Below, piece by piece: positions 12,725 to 24,961 of a DNA stretch of 64,000 nt. A model generated the notes under the pieces. It was not told where the DNA came from and searched no databases. It worked only from the letters and a program-made list of their open reading frames with translations. The position numbers and the translations under genes were made by a program. The first letter of the stretch is position 1, and each line of letters starts with the position of its first letter. This DNA is from Laetmonice hystrix (Eukaryota), in assembly GCA_965235115.1 (NCBI GenBank), contig OZ249436.1, forward strand, positions 52,764,001 through 52,828,000, given 5' to 3'.

Positions 12725-14606
12725 CAGCAGTAGTAGTAGTCATTAACAATTATTTTAGTTTTTTAAGTAAAAGATCACAGTTTCAGAAAGAGAAGTACGA
12801 AACCATTTACAAATAGCTTGATAAATCGATAAATTAAGTCCTAGACCATACGAGAGCTAGCAGTATTTCTCATGTAGGCCTAATTAGCGACCTATCATAA
12901 ATGCACTCTCAATTTGCAGAATTCTGACGCTACAGCCCTTTTAGAACAATACTCTGTCACACCACAGGTAGCGACGAAAGAAGATCCCGACTGCTTCGTC
13001 CGATCTTGTCAGGTAAGGATGAAGTTCAGCCAACTGGAAACATGTAACCGGGTTTGAATATAACAGAAATGTTAGATTAAAATGTACCATACTCCATGTA
13101 TGACGTCCCCAGCATGTCTTATATTCGTCGCTAGCTTATTTTGCACCGTGTTCAGATTATATGCCATCAGAGCCTTGTCACAGGGTGACCGGAAGAATAT
13201 GTCTGCCTTTCGATTATAATCTTTTATTGGCAAACTGGAAACGGCAAACGCTGGTGACTCCAAGTCTGATTACAATCTTATTGTACTCTAAGCTACAAGC
13301 TTTCATAGTCCTACTAATGCATTAATCACCATAGTAATTTTATATGAGGTCAATTAAAGGGCCATTGGATTTCTTTTTTAAGGTCTTATTGCGCTTTATA
13401 TCAGTAGGTCACACACCTGTGATACATGTATTATTGGCTTTCCATTGGATCTCTTAGGTTTACTTGTTCGAATGATTCGAACTTATAGACCACATAATAA
13501 TATTTGATATTGCTTCCCATTACTCATCTTGAACTTTATTTATATTTAATGAATCAAAGCTATATCCATTTTTAGCAAAATTAGCAAAAGTGACCGAAAA
13601 AAATGATAATAGGTCAAAAAAAGATTGATATAAAGAGCTCTACAGCGCACATTGTATAGTTTAATTTGGTTGAGTTGATATCTCCCCCTGCATCTGTGGA
13701 GGCTACTACCGCGCCACCTGGTGGTAACTTTGGTAACGTGGACATATTAAATATCAAACCTGGGGTGAGGGCTATTCCCTATTTTTAAAAGTTGAACTAC
13801 CCATTAAAAATAACAGTACCCCGTGGACTCTCCTTCTGTCTCTGGGGTAGCCGAGGGCGCTGTCTACCTCGTCACCTGTGCCTTGACACAAAGAGCGAGA
13901 CCTATGGGTCGACTTGTAAACTATACTTAAACTTACTGTATGATGAAAGAAAAAGGATTAGTTTAGGCCAAGTCATTGTGATAGAAGATTACTAGGCTAC
14001 ATATCTGTCATCTAATCGTAGACCTATAATTCCAGAATAGCTTGTATCGTAAAAAAGGAGTTTTCAAAATCCAATGAAATTGATCGTGACATGAACCATG
14101 GATTGGTAACGATATGACATAATACATGCTGTTTGTTCAGACAGGCTTTCTCAAATGGCGGTCTAAATACCGAACACTTTGAGCAAAAGTTTGTCATTAA
14201 CTTGCCGTTGTTTGGGGTTTGATTTCAGTGGGTGGGTGGACGCTGCAAGCGGTTACGAGGTGGTATTAACTTGCCGTTGTTTGGTGTTTGATTTCAGTGA
14301 GTGGGTGGACGCTGCAAGCGGTTACGAGGTGGTATTAACTTGCCGTTGTTTGGTGTTTGATTTCAGTGGGTGGGTGAACGCTGCAAGCGGTTACGAGGTG
14401 GTATTAACTTGCCGGTGTTTGGTGTTTGATTTCAGTGGGTGGGTGAACGCTGCAAGCGGTTACGAGGTGGTATTAACTTGTCGGTGTTTGGTGTTTGATT
14501 TCAGTGGGTAAGAGTGGGTGGACGCTGCAAGCGGTTACGAGGCGGTATACCTTTCTGCCTGGCCGACCACACCCTTTACTTCCAACACCCAGACTGCTCG
14601 GACTGA
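10235..14606 (+). CDS. Secreted 4-Cys-domain protein, paralog 1 (142 aa); coding exons 10235-10468, 12920-13012, 14505-14606
   Basis: Signal-peptide-like N-terminus MNDNQWSGLFCSFVLLLAVVES; phase-0 GT-AG introns (TTG|gtaagg, tttgcag|AAT, CAG|gtaagg, tttcag|TGG). C-terminus EDPDCFVRSCQWVRVGGRCKRLRGGIPFCLADHTLYFQHPDCSD aligns without gaps to paralogs 2 and 3. AATAAA at 14838. Confidence 0.85.
11767..12130. mobile_element. Probable DNA-transposon (MITE) fragment in intron of paralog 1
   Basis: Begins TAGGGGAGACCGGGGCACC-like; internal inverted GTGTTCATGGTGCCCC/GGGGCACCATGAACAC; right end not identified. Confidence 0.35.
12620..12740. repeat. (AGT)n/(ACT)n microsatellite
   Basis: Direct reading of the trinucleotide run. 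Confidence 0.97.
14197..14547 (+). repeat. 69-bp tandem repeat (~5 copies) containing the exon-3 splice acceptor of paralog 1
   Basis: GATTTCAG at 14221, 14290, 14359, 14428, 14497; each unit is the intron end plus the start of exon 3. Confidence 0.93.
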
Positions 14607-15985
14607 GCGTGATGCTATGGATTTCCTCGCCTACATCCCACCAGTATAGGCGCACTCCCCCCTCGACTCCGGGCGTGCCAGTAATTCACACTCTCAGCAC
14701 ATGGAAACTTTTTATAATCAACTCAGATTATGTAGACCTCCGCGTAGGAAAAACGATGACGTGATGTCTGTTGGGGAGTAAAAATGAAATATTGATTACA
14801 TAGTACAAAATATACTCCATTTAGAATTGGTACAATGAATAAAGATAAAACTAATGTAATGTTTCGGACGCGTTATTGTAGAGGGTAGTCTCATAATCAT
14901 AGGTAGTGTAGGCACTCGATACTCTTGTTGATTTACAAGTCATCCTTTCTTTAAAACATGTTGTATAAGCAAAGTTATTAATAGAAAGCCAACGCTGTCA
15001 AAGGGAAAAATACTAACGTCAGAATGGCTGGCTGAATAAAATACGGTCCATGCTCCTTTGTGAAATATCTTGAGTGTTGTCTGTCTTATTTTAGACAGTC
15101 TCCCCTCTGTGAGTTTTTATAATGAAATGGATCTTAAAGGGAGGATAAACCTCAAAAGAATTCCAAAATCGTCATTCTTGCTAGTGATATTTGTGGGCAA
15201 AATCGGATGTTTTCCGTTGAATTAAGAATGATGATCACCTTTTGCCCAGTTTGTGTTTTGGTCATTACTAGCAGGAAAACGATAATATTTTACACCTAAT
15301 TTAGGCTTTTAAGAAGAATATTTTATCTGAGATATGTTGGTCAACAAGATGGTCACAATCATGTCATTCCTGACATGTACGTCCTCGCCTCCCCAGGAGA
15401 CCTATACGTTACACGGCTCTCAGAAAAATGATATTATTATTTAATTATATAGGTCACAAACGAAATATAACTATACCGGTATAGTAATGAGTTGACAAGA
15501 AATTAAGTTATAAAATAGGTGCGCCTTAGGAAAGAGATTCAGCAGATAAAACAAAAAGGAAGAAGGACTAAGTTCAGGGTTACGTATAAGGGGTAGGGTG
15601 GGGTATCTAGAACATTTTATTGCATTCTAATGAGATGTTAACGCGGTTTCCAAAGCAATCCTAGAAAAAGTGTCACCTGGAGTTGTTGCCACCCCCTCCC
15701 CCTCCCCCCTTGGCGAATTAGCATGAAAGCATGGAAATTTTATCTACACTCTAAAATTTCGTTGCATCTTTACTAGGGGTCTGAACCCTTCTCCCAAGAG
15801 TATACCAATCTTAGCTACACACCAGACTAAGTGTACTGATAGAAACTAAGTAGGAAAAGTCGCAATGAATTCACATCAATCACTTTATTGGGCAAGAAAA
15901 TGTAACGCAAACGTAAAACACTAAAGGGATTGATCCTAGATTGATGAGATTCCTTTTTATTGCAGTCTCGTTTTAAAAAAAGGGA

Positions 15986-16165
15986 AATATAATCAACATG
16001 CACAAGATGTACGTAGCAAGCTTATATAAGTCGCTGGTCTCATCTAATATAATCAACATGCACAAGATGTACGTAGCAAGCTTATATAAGTCGCTGGTCT
16101 CATCTAATATAATCAACATGCACAAGATGTACGTAGCAAGCTTATATAAGTCGCTGGTCTCATCT
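15986..16165. repeat. 60-bp tandem repeat, 3 identical copies
   Basis: AATATAATCAACATGCACAAGATGTACGTAGCAAGCTTATATAAGTCGCTGGTCTCATCT x3. Confidence 0.95.
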
Positions 16166-16817
16166 GCAAGCTGACACTAGCCAATCAATAACATAACAAT
16201 AAAATACTAGACGAGAAGAGTATTTTGAGCGGATATCACGCGTCCGTGTCTTCATTTTATCAAAGCAATAAGTGTGCCGTTCGTTTTATCCTGGCAAAAA
16301 CACATCATCATATTTAGGCTATCGTGACACATCATGGTTCTTATTCATGGGTCTCATTCATGGTTCTCATTCATGGTTTTCATTCATGTTTCTCATTTAG
16401 TTTTAACCACGATATGAAGACAAAGCGGCAAGATTAGATCGTACACAAGGCTTATGGAAAATAACCTTGGAGGCTGCAAAAAAAATATCTTTATCACTGA
16501 TTGCTGCTTTGCTTCATTCCCAACTACGTCCCTACGATCTCTTGAGAACACACTGATGAGGGGTGCTTGTCAGATTCGGAATGGAAACATTTAAATGTAC
16601 CATGAATAGATACTTGATTTATAAAATGGTTGGGGTGCGGGTATTTCATACACTTTTTATTCTCTAGGTAAAGTTGCAATTTACATAGACTACTAGCATT
16701 GCTGGTTCCCCTGATTTGGGGTGACGTGACATGAGGTGTTGTTTTGATAACGCGTAGGCGTGAGGAGATGAGCACAGAAAGCGGTGACGTAGTTGATGTT
16801 TGTGCACCAAAGGCCAA

Positions 16818-17493
16818 TCACTTGTTTTGGCAGTCTGGATGATTCATGTAGAGGTAGTCACGTACAGCACAGTATGGCGTTCCGCCTCGTACACGTTGAC
16901 ATCTACCGCCAACTCTCGTCGCCTGAAAAAATAACGGGGGGGGGGCGAATCTTAGCGAACCCCTGACAACTCTTTTCAAGATTTGCATGTAATTCAAGCA
17001 AGGTCATTCTGAGCAAGCAAAAAGAAAGCCAGCAAAAAAGAAAGTAAGAAATCTGTTTCCCTTATCAAATATAACAGGGGAGGTGCGCCTGAAGAAGAAA
17101 AGGAAACTTACGAATGACATTTCCACCCAGCAGTTCGGGTTCGGTACGGATTTTTGAGATGACATTCTTATCCCGGTGCCGGGAAACAGAGGACTCGGCT
17201 GTCGAATGAAACAGGTGGGAAAAAATTATTCATTACAACATTTCATGTTTGCATCCATTACAGGATGGCCTTCTTTGGGACTTCCCGATCGTGTATTTTT
17301 CGTGATTTTTCATGTCATTGTACAAATGGATGTAGTTAATTCTCCCAAACACATTCCCGTGAAGAAAGGGAACTACTGGTTGTATAATTGTACGTACCCA
17401 GACGGTCGACACGCGATCCTGAGGTAAGCCGCCTCCTGCTTCCGTCACCACAACGACCAACACGATCCACAAACACAGCGTCAACACCATCAT
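16818..17493 (-). CDS. Secreted 4-Cys-domain protein, paralog 2 (95 aa); coding exons 17493-17398, 17198-17112, 16922-16818
   Basis: MMVLTLCLWIVLVVVVTEAGGGLPQDRVSTVW / PSPLFPGTGIRMSSQKSVPNPNCWVEMSF / ATRVGGRCQRVRGGTPYCAVRDYLYMNHPDCQNK*; phase-0 introns with gtacgt and gtaagt donors; minus-strand AATAAA at ~16656-16661. Confidence 0.9.
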
Positions 17494-17586
17494 CTCTCTC
17501 TGTCTCTATGACAGATCTCTATGACAGATCTCTCTGTCTCTCTGTCTCTCTCTCTGTCTCTCTCTCTCTGTTTCTCTGTCTCTCTG
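17494..17586. repeat. (GA/GACA)n microsatellite in the 5' UTR of paralog 2
   Basis: CT-rich run abutting the ATG; the equivalent position in paralog 3 has only GAGAGACAGAG. Confidence 0.85.
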
Positions 17587-18062
17587 TAGTACGTCGTCAA
17601 ATCCTTATGCAGACGGTCCTTGTAATAAAAAAACATGAAATCGGCGATAGAAAAATTATTGGGATGGTCGTATAGGCCGATAGACTATCCAGGTAATGTT
17701 TTTAAATATGGGGATGTCTCTAGTTCTTAGTATCCAAGGATATCACGAAAGAGCGTTACAATTCAGGTAACATTGAGGTTCAGGAAGTCAAGTTGAAACG
17801 TTCATGCCACTAATAAACTAATTTTAATACGACATTCTGATATAATAATAATCTTAGTTGGTTGTGTTTGTTTGAACATATCATAGAAGCATTACCTAAC
17901 TCACTTTACAGTCGACACTTTCTTTAATTATAACTTTAAGGTGATCAATGACTTTGAAAATAAGGCGCTCCTGTCTTGGTAGAACCAAATAGTTTTAATA
18001 AGCCTGCATACTATAAAGCTAGATAAGGAAGAATACAGGGAAGATTTATTCCAAAATAACAT

Positions 18063-19030
18063 CTGGCTATATCATATTCCAAATTTAGTGATATCGTTAA
18101 ATGAATTATAGATATTGCTAATTCAATTTTTGATATCAAAAAAATATTTAGTGATATCGTTAAATATTTAGCGATATCGCTAAATAATTAGAGATATCAA
18201 AACAGAATTATTGATATGGCTAAATGAATTAGCGATATCAAAAATTGAATTAGCCACATCGCTAAATGAATTAGCGATATCGCTAAATAAATTAGCGATA
18301 TCAAAAATAGAATTGCAGATATCGCTAATTGAATTAGCGATATCTAAAATAGAATTGCAGATATCGCTAATTCCACTCCTATTTTTTTATATCGAAAATT
18401 CATTTAGCGATATATCTAATTCTATTTTTGATATCACTAATTCCTGAGGGTGTTTTAGTTTCCGTCCGAGTTATGAACTGCTCCCTTAAAGGTCTCAGAC
18501 CACCAATTATTTTCCTGTGCATTTTAATATAGCTGGGAGCTCAATAACTTGTCTTCAAAAAAATTCCAGACAAACCATATGGTGTCCCTTGTAGACCCAT
18601 CTTAGGCAGACAAAATATCAAAATTTGAGGGTAGCAAGTGTGCAATCGTTTCGAGACAGAGGTCCGCTGTCAGTCGAGTAATAGATAAACAACAACTCGG
18701 AAGCAGTACACAAGCCTCAACAACATCTCCCGCCATTACGTCTAGAAAATCTAAGTCACGCCCAGAGCAATCCCATAATACACATTGGTCACGCCACACT
18801 AGGGACCGGTTAGTAATGAAAACACGGGATAGTCTGTCCGAATTAGTGATATTCTATTTTTGATATCAAACATTCATTTAGCGATATCTGTAAATCAGAG
18901 AATTATTGATATCGCTAAATGAAATAGCGATATCAGAAATTGAATTAGCGATATCAAAATTTGAATTAGAGATAAATTCTTTAAGCGATGTCACTAAATA
19001 GGGAATATTATGTTAAAACGGCTTGCCATA
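18063..19030. mobile_element. Non-autonomous DNA transposon with GATATC-rich subterminal repeats, in the 5' intron of paralog 2
   Basis: Many TAGCGATATC-type motifs in both arms; right end ...AAAACGGCTTGCCATA partly mirrors the left end (ATATTCC..ATTTAGTGA.ATCG). Confidence 0.6.
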
Positions 19031-19104
19031 ATATGGAGGCTATCCTTCACGGAAATCCCTTAATTCACTATGTACGGTATATAGACTGTAATGAATACCC
19101 ATAC

Positions 19105-19369
19105 CTTATTTCATGGTCCAGCTTTGGTTGTTATCTTTGATGAGCTGGTAGGCCTATAAGCCGCAGTGTGAAGGTTGTGTGTTAGGTGTAATACATGAGT
19201 GAAGTCTATACCTGCCCTTCCTGTTCACGTGATATGAAAGCTTATACACGCGTTCTTACAACTGTGAGAGGTGTGGGTGGCCAGCAGTAGTAATACTGGC
19301 GGCCACCACGCGTCTTCTCGCACGGCATCATGGGAGTTCACCGCTGTCCAATAGCGAGCAAGCTTTCAT
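19105..19369 (-). promoter_or_regulatory. Putative promoter and non-coding first exon of paralog 2
   Basis: Inverted near-identical copy of 30705-30963; CCAAT box, ZNF143/Staf-like AACTCCCATGATGC, E-box TCACGTGA; donor AAG|gtatgg at 19105/19104. Confidence 0.7.
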
Positions 19370-21398
19370 TATCCGTCTCAGTCTTCAGTAAGCGATCATC
19401 TGGGTGGTTTATGTAAGGAAGATATCTTTGAAGAAGAAGGCGGGACCATGGTAAGACAGATCATCCAATAAAAAACACACCAGGCGATGTCCAGGCCCGT
19501 CGATCTTTTTTGTCGAGGCTCGCGCACGTGTACATCGATAAGCCTAACCTCGTCTTTTCGATTTAATAGTAGGGCTAAGACTATGAGGAGGAACTTTATA
19601 CCCTCAACCCATTTTTTCAAGGAGAAAAAACAACTAATACTTGAATAAGCTCTTTGGACAATTATTTCTATGGAAACCATGTCATACGAGTCCCTCGATC
19701 GGAATCTCCTTCATTCACGAAGGAAGTCAACAGATATATACCTTTACCTTCAAAACAATCTTCAATGTACAACTCTCAGGGACGGATCCAGGAACATTTT
19801 GAGGTCGGGGGCTAAGAGGGGCTAGCCTTTGGCCACAGTGCCCAGTCCCCGAGACCAGGGTTCTCCCCATACTATTTGTAACAACACGAACAATCCCCAT
19901 TGAAAATGCACTGGAGTTAACGATACGACAGGTTAACGACATGATGAGAAACGCACCCCTGTTACAACTTAAGAGATCACCTAGATAGTGTGAAATAGAT
20001 CATTGTGAATGTTTCCCTGCAACAGAATCATCAGATCATCTTGGGTCAGAGCATGCGCGAGATTCACAGTGGGTGGGACGCAAACTCCTTTCCATGAGCC
20101 TCTCGGTTCTCTCAAGTCTCACTGCCACAAGTGACTTTTTGGTGGTTGACTGCCACAAAGTTCAGAATAGTCTACGCGGCAAGTAGTCAGGGCAGCCTGT
20201 GACACTGGCTGGGTCCCTGCTTCACTCCCCTAGTAGGCAGGGAACCAGTTGCCTGTGGCAGTGAGACATATAAGGCATATAAGGTACTGCCGTTTGAGTG
20301 ACCGCTGACCTGACCTAGAAATTCCCCGACCGGAACAAAGCCAAACATTGCCGAGCTCGAATCGTGGCTGCTCGATTTTGCTGAGGCACTCTTATTGTTT
20401 ACTTTTAAGCCGCAGACTGTCAGAATATGATGCGACACAAACATCCAAATCTTCCGAGAAATCGGAGAAATCATCTGCAGCCGCTATGTTGGAACGGAAG
20501 TACCTAGTTGGAAACACCCGAAGTATTTCGAACCATCCCGAAATTGGCCAACCATCTTGCGACTATAGCTGATTTCCCTCCGCAAATGTAGTTCCTAATA
20601 TTTCATCAGGTATTTCTCTTGTACGATGAATGTCACTAGGTATAATCTCGGTTTTGGGATTTGGAAGTACGTTAAATTTTAATACAGATACCATACAGGA
20701 CGGCCGACTTTACAAAAACGATGTTAAACGCGCAGGGCCCGATTTTCCCCGTAAAAAGTCATGTGTGGCAGAGGGGTAGTGCAGCGAGCCCCTCTGTATT
20801 ATAGGAGATTGGCAGTGAGAGTCGAGGCACGAAGAGGCTCGTGGGAAGAAGTCATTCTCACACTCGAGTCCTTTCGGCAATCTTCGGCAATCTTCGTTCG
20901 TTCGGGGAAAGTACTCTCAGAGATTACATATCACTCACGGCTGAAATAGAAACATGCGCGCCACCTCACTCATTAGCTTACTACGCCAGTGACATAAAGT
21001 ATTGAAGAGGGGCATCAAGCAGTGATATTTCTTTATTTAAATTTTACGCTGGGTGTTTGTTTTTCAATTAACCACCGGTTCGGCTAGTGTCACCGGGAAA
21101 TCCGCCATAGAGCTTCTCAAAAGAAATAGTCCTAGTTCGGCAAGCGGTGCCTGGTCCCCTGCGGCTTACCCAGGCTCCCGTGCAGAATCTGAGAGCGTTC
21201 ATTTCAGCAAATCGGCGCGAATGTGAGCGTGGGCAAGGAGTGTGGGTGGGACGGTCAGGTCGTTTCCTATTGGCCAACCCCGGGGGCTCGTCCGCTCACT
21301 GCCAGGCCACCGGTACGCTGGTGATGAAGGGTGCGTGCTCCATGAAAATGGAACTTTCCACACCACAGATGTGAAGGAGGAGAAGGAGATGTTTACAC

Positions 21399-21833
21399 AG
21401 AGAAAATCTCCAGGCATATTAGATCAAAAATTATTTAGTGACAAAAACGATCGCGTGCCACAATAGCCCCTCCCACATACAATACGCAGGGACTAATTAA
21501 GAGCGGCCGCTCCAACAATCTGCCAGATTTTTCACACCAAGAGTGGTCATCGACCTTACCAATTCATCTGATGAGTGTGTGGTCCCAAGATATCTGTCAT
21601 TAGAGAGGCGTAAAAAAGTATGACCGTGCATAAGACCCACTTCAAACCGAGCAAATTTCTTCTTCTTCTTCCTATTATTTGATCGTCTTCCTCTTTTTCT
21701 TCTTTCTATTCTTTGATCTTCTTCCTCTTCTTTTTTTCTGCTTCTTCTTCTTCGATCTTCTTCTCCTTCATGAAAGAAAATATTTCATTTTTTGAGACTC
21801 ATCTATGTCTTGGAAATGTTTTATAATGTTACT
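21399..21833 (+). repeat. Dispersed direct duplication, copy 1 (partner 24962-25636)
   Basis: AGAGAAAATCTCCAGG...CCGAGCAAAT...TTTTATAATGTTACT shared with 24962-25636. Confidence 0.85.
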
Positions 21834-22412
21834 CTAGCCCTTGCTGACCCAAGAAGTAAAAAACAGAAATTTATATGATTGTGTTATGAATTACGCTAGG
21901 CCGTTCCAACAGCAGGCCCCACCCGTCAGTTTGCTACCAATATGTGAGCACAGTGTAGAAAAAATGGGTTTTGGGGTGTCCACTATCCCGTGAATCCACC
22001 ACCGCGTTATGAAATGTTTGAACATTTTAAATTCTTAAAATCGAGAGGGACTTGGCTGTGGCACATTATAATCCCCCCACCCCACCCTAACCCTTTCTTT
22101 TGGCTAACGCTCTCAACATATCTCAATAAATTACTTCCAATTTTATATCGTTTGTTTATCAAATATTATACCAAAAGCTCTTGGCAATACACTTTTCCTC
22201 TATTTGCCCTAAAATCTAAATACAGGGAACCCCGTAGAGTAACCGTAACCTTTGGTGGGTATTATATTGTAACTCTCCTGTTGGTTAAAACATTGGGCTT
22301 CGTTTATTTGTTCCAGCCGTTGTCTGAGAGTTTATGCAAACCTGAGAAACTGGGCTCGTTTTCCCCCGATTTTCCGAGAGTTTCCCTTTACTTATGAATA
22401 TCTGTTGTGCTC

Positions 22413-22414
<2 letters not shown>

Positions 22415-22475
<61 letters not shown>

Positions 22476-22513
22476 TCTCTCTTTCTCTCTTTCTCTCTTT
22501 CTCTCTCTCTCTG

Positions 22514-22612
<99 letters not shown>

Positions 22613-22619
22613 GTCTCTG

Positions 22620-22684
<65 letters not shown>

Positions 22685-22697
22685 CTCTCTCTCTCTC
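22415..22697. repeat. (CT)n microsatellite
   Basis: ~280 bp CT run with occasional interruptions. Confidence 0.97.
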
Positions 22698-23156
22698 GTT
22701 TATAATATATAAAATTATACATTGGCTTTCCCTCGTTTACAAACAACAAAATAACCGATCATGTATCGTGAACATTTTCTGTCTGAAGTGCCTGTATATG
22801 GTGGAACATGGACGCATGGCTAGACGTCTTCAACTGTCTGATTTAGATTGAGGTCGAGATTCAGACACTGCCTCCAGCAAAAATCGGTCACACGGTTCTC
22901 CACGGGTATCCACACCCCATCCCCTTCTACATCCACATGTTTGGCATCTTACCCGCAGACACCCATACGCCTTTTTTCATGGGACGGCCAAGAAATTATT
23001 TTTATTATTATTATTATTCATTTTTGTTAGGTTTTTAATCATTTTTCTGAGATTGTTTCCCTAATTCAAATATTATTTTACCATGTAGGCTCTAGTAAAA
23101 GTCATTTGGGTTCCATTTGACGGACGACGTCATTTTTGAAGGTTTTGTAGATTTCT

Positions 23157-24293
23157 AAGGAGGAGCAAAAACACTACAGGGAGTGTCAAGGTTTGGTGGG
23201 GTTCTAAGGAGCAATAACACTTCAGGGATTGTCAAGGTTTGGTGCGGTTCTAAGGAGCAATAACACTATAGGGATTGTCAAGATTTGGTGCGGTTCTAAG
23301 GAGCAATAACACTACAGGGAGTGTCAAGGTTTGGTGGGGTTCTAAGGAGCAATAACACTTCAGGGATTGTCAAGGTTTAGTGAGGTCTAAGGAGCAATAA
23401 CACTACAGGGATTGTCAAGATTTGGTGCGGTTCTAAGGAGCAATAACACTACAGGGAGTGTCAAGGTCTGGTGGGGTTCTAAGGAGCAATAACACTTCAG
23501 GGATTGTCAAGGTTTGGTGAGGTCTAAGGAGCAATAACACTACAGGGAGTGTCAAGGTTTGGTGGGGTTCTAAAGACCAATAACACTACAGGGAGTGTCA
23601 ACGTTTGGTGGGGTTCTAAGGACCAATAACACTACAGGGATTGTCAAGATTTGGTGCGGTTCTAAGGAGCAATAACACTACAGGGAGTGTCAAGGTCTGG
23701 TGGGGTTCTAAGGAGCAATAACACTTCAGGGTTTGTCAAGGTTTGGTGAGGTCTAAGGAGCAATAACACTACAGGGAGTGTCAAGGTTTGGTGGGGTTCT
23801 AAGGACCAATAACACTACAGGGAGTGTCAAGGTTTGGTGCGGTTCTAAGGAGCAATAACACTATAGGGAGTGTCAAGGTTTGGTGGGGTTCTAAGAAGCA
23901 ATAACACTTCAGGGAATGTCAACGTTTGGTGGGGTTCTAAGGACCAATAACACTACAGGGATTGTCAAGATTTGGTGCGGTTCTAAGGAGCAATAACACT
24001 ACAGGGAGTGTCAAGGTTTGGTGGGGTTCTAAGAAGCAATAACACTTCAGGGAGTGTCAAGGATTGGTGGGGTTCTTAGAAGCAATAACACTAAAGGGAG
24101 TGTCAAGGTTTGGTGAGGTTCAAGGAGCAATAACACTACAGGGATTGTCAAGGTTTGGTGGGGTTCTAAGGAGCAATAACCCTAAAGGGAGTGTCAAGGT
24201 TTGGTGAGGTCTAAGGAGCAATAACACTACAGGGATTGTCAAGGATTGGTGAGGTTCTAAGTAGCAATAACACTCCAGGGAGTGTCAAGGTTT
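23157..24293. repeat. 46-bp minisatellite, ~25 copies
   Basis: Unit TAAGGAGCAATAACACTACAGGGAGTGTCAAGGTTTGGTGGGGTTC with point variants; period 46 (23205, 23251). Confidence 0.95.
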
Positions 24294-24961
24294 TAACGAA
24301 CCCGCTCGAACCCTATAGTGCATGGGGGAGGGGGGAACTCCCGCTGCACCTTGTGACATTTAGGGGGAGGGGTTGTCTTTTTGCAAGCGTCAGCCTTTGT
24401 GCTGACGATAATGCCGTCATCAGTGGCAGACATCGGCTGGGTTAGTTTCCACATATTTCCGTTTGTTTTGGCGTCATATGACCGTCTGAGAATTTGTCTG
24501 GGCCATTGCGTCTGATGTCTTTAATTGCATTGTTTTGTCACGGTCCCCTGGGTACCTGGCCACCGTCTGAGAAAGCTCGTCTCGGTTTCTGTGTAAAAGT
24601 TCAATGGGTTTGAAAGACGACTGGCTGTCTTGTTGTTGGCGGGCAGGCCGAGGTTTTGACGGCTACCGTTGTGTTGGGTGACGGTACGCCCGTGACCAGA
24701 GACCCGCGTACCAGGAGGAGAGGTCTCAGCCCCCTCCTCCTCTTATCCTCCCACTCTCCCCCCATCCCCATCCCTCCTCCCCCAGCTTAACCAGGATCGG
24801 TGGACAGGGTACCTAACGTGCGCTCTGTATCAGCGTTTTGAAAGCACGTCCACTTTCTCTGCGATACCGTTATACTTTTAAAGGCACCATCGATGCCAAT
24901 AATGCTGTGAGGAAATGGCTAATATGTACTTGGTAGGAGGTGTTCGCGAAAATGTGTGTCT

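Noticed and set aside
14141..14182. Alternative last exon of paralog 1 (TGFLKWRSKYRTL*)
   Set aside because: Acceptor is plausible but the product lacks the conserved Cys domain that 14505-14606 supplies; at most a minor isoform.
14179..14511. 110-aa Cys-containing repeat ORF
   Set aside because: Different frame of the 69-bp array with a non-ATG start; the homologous reading is the WVGGRC frame.
23157..24293. Regular repeat arrays (also 38102, 41138, 51896) as CRISPR
   Set aside because: Units are head-to-tail with no unique spacers, no cas genes, and the context is eukaryotic.
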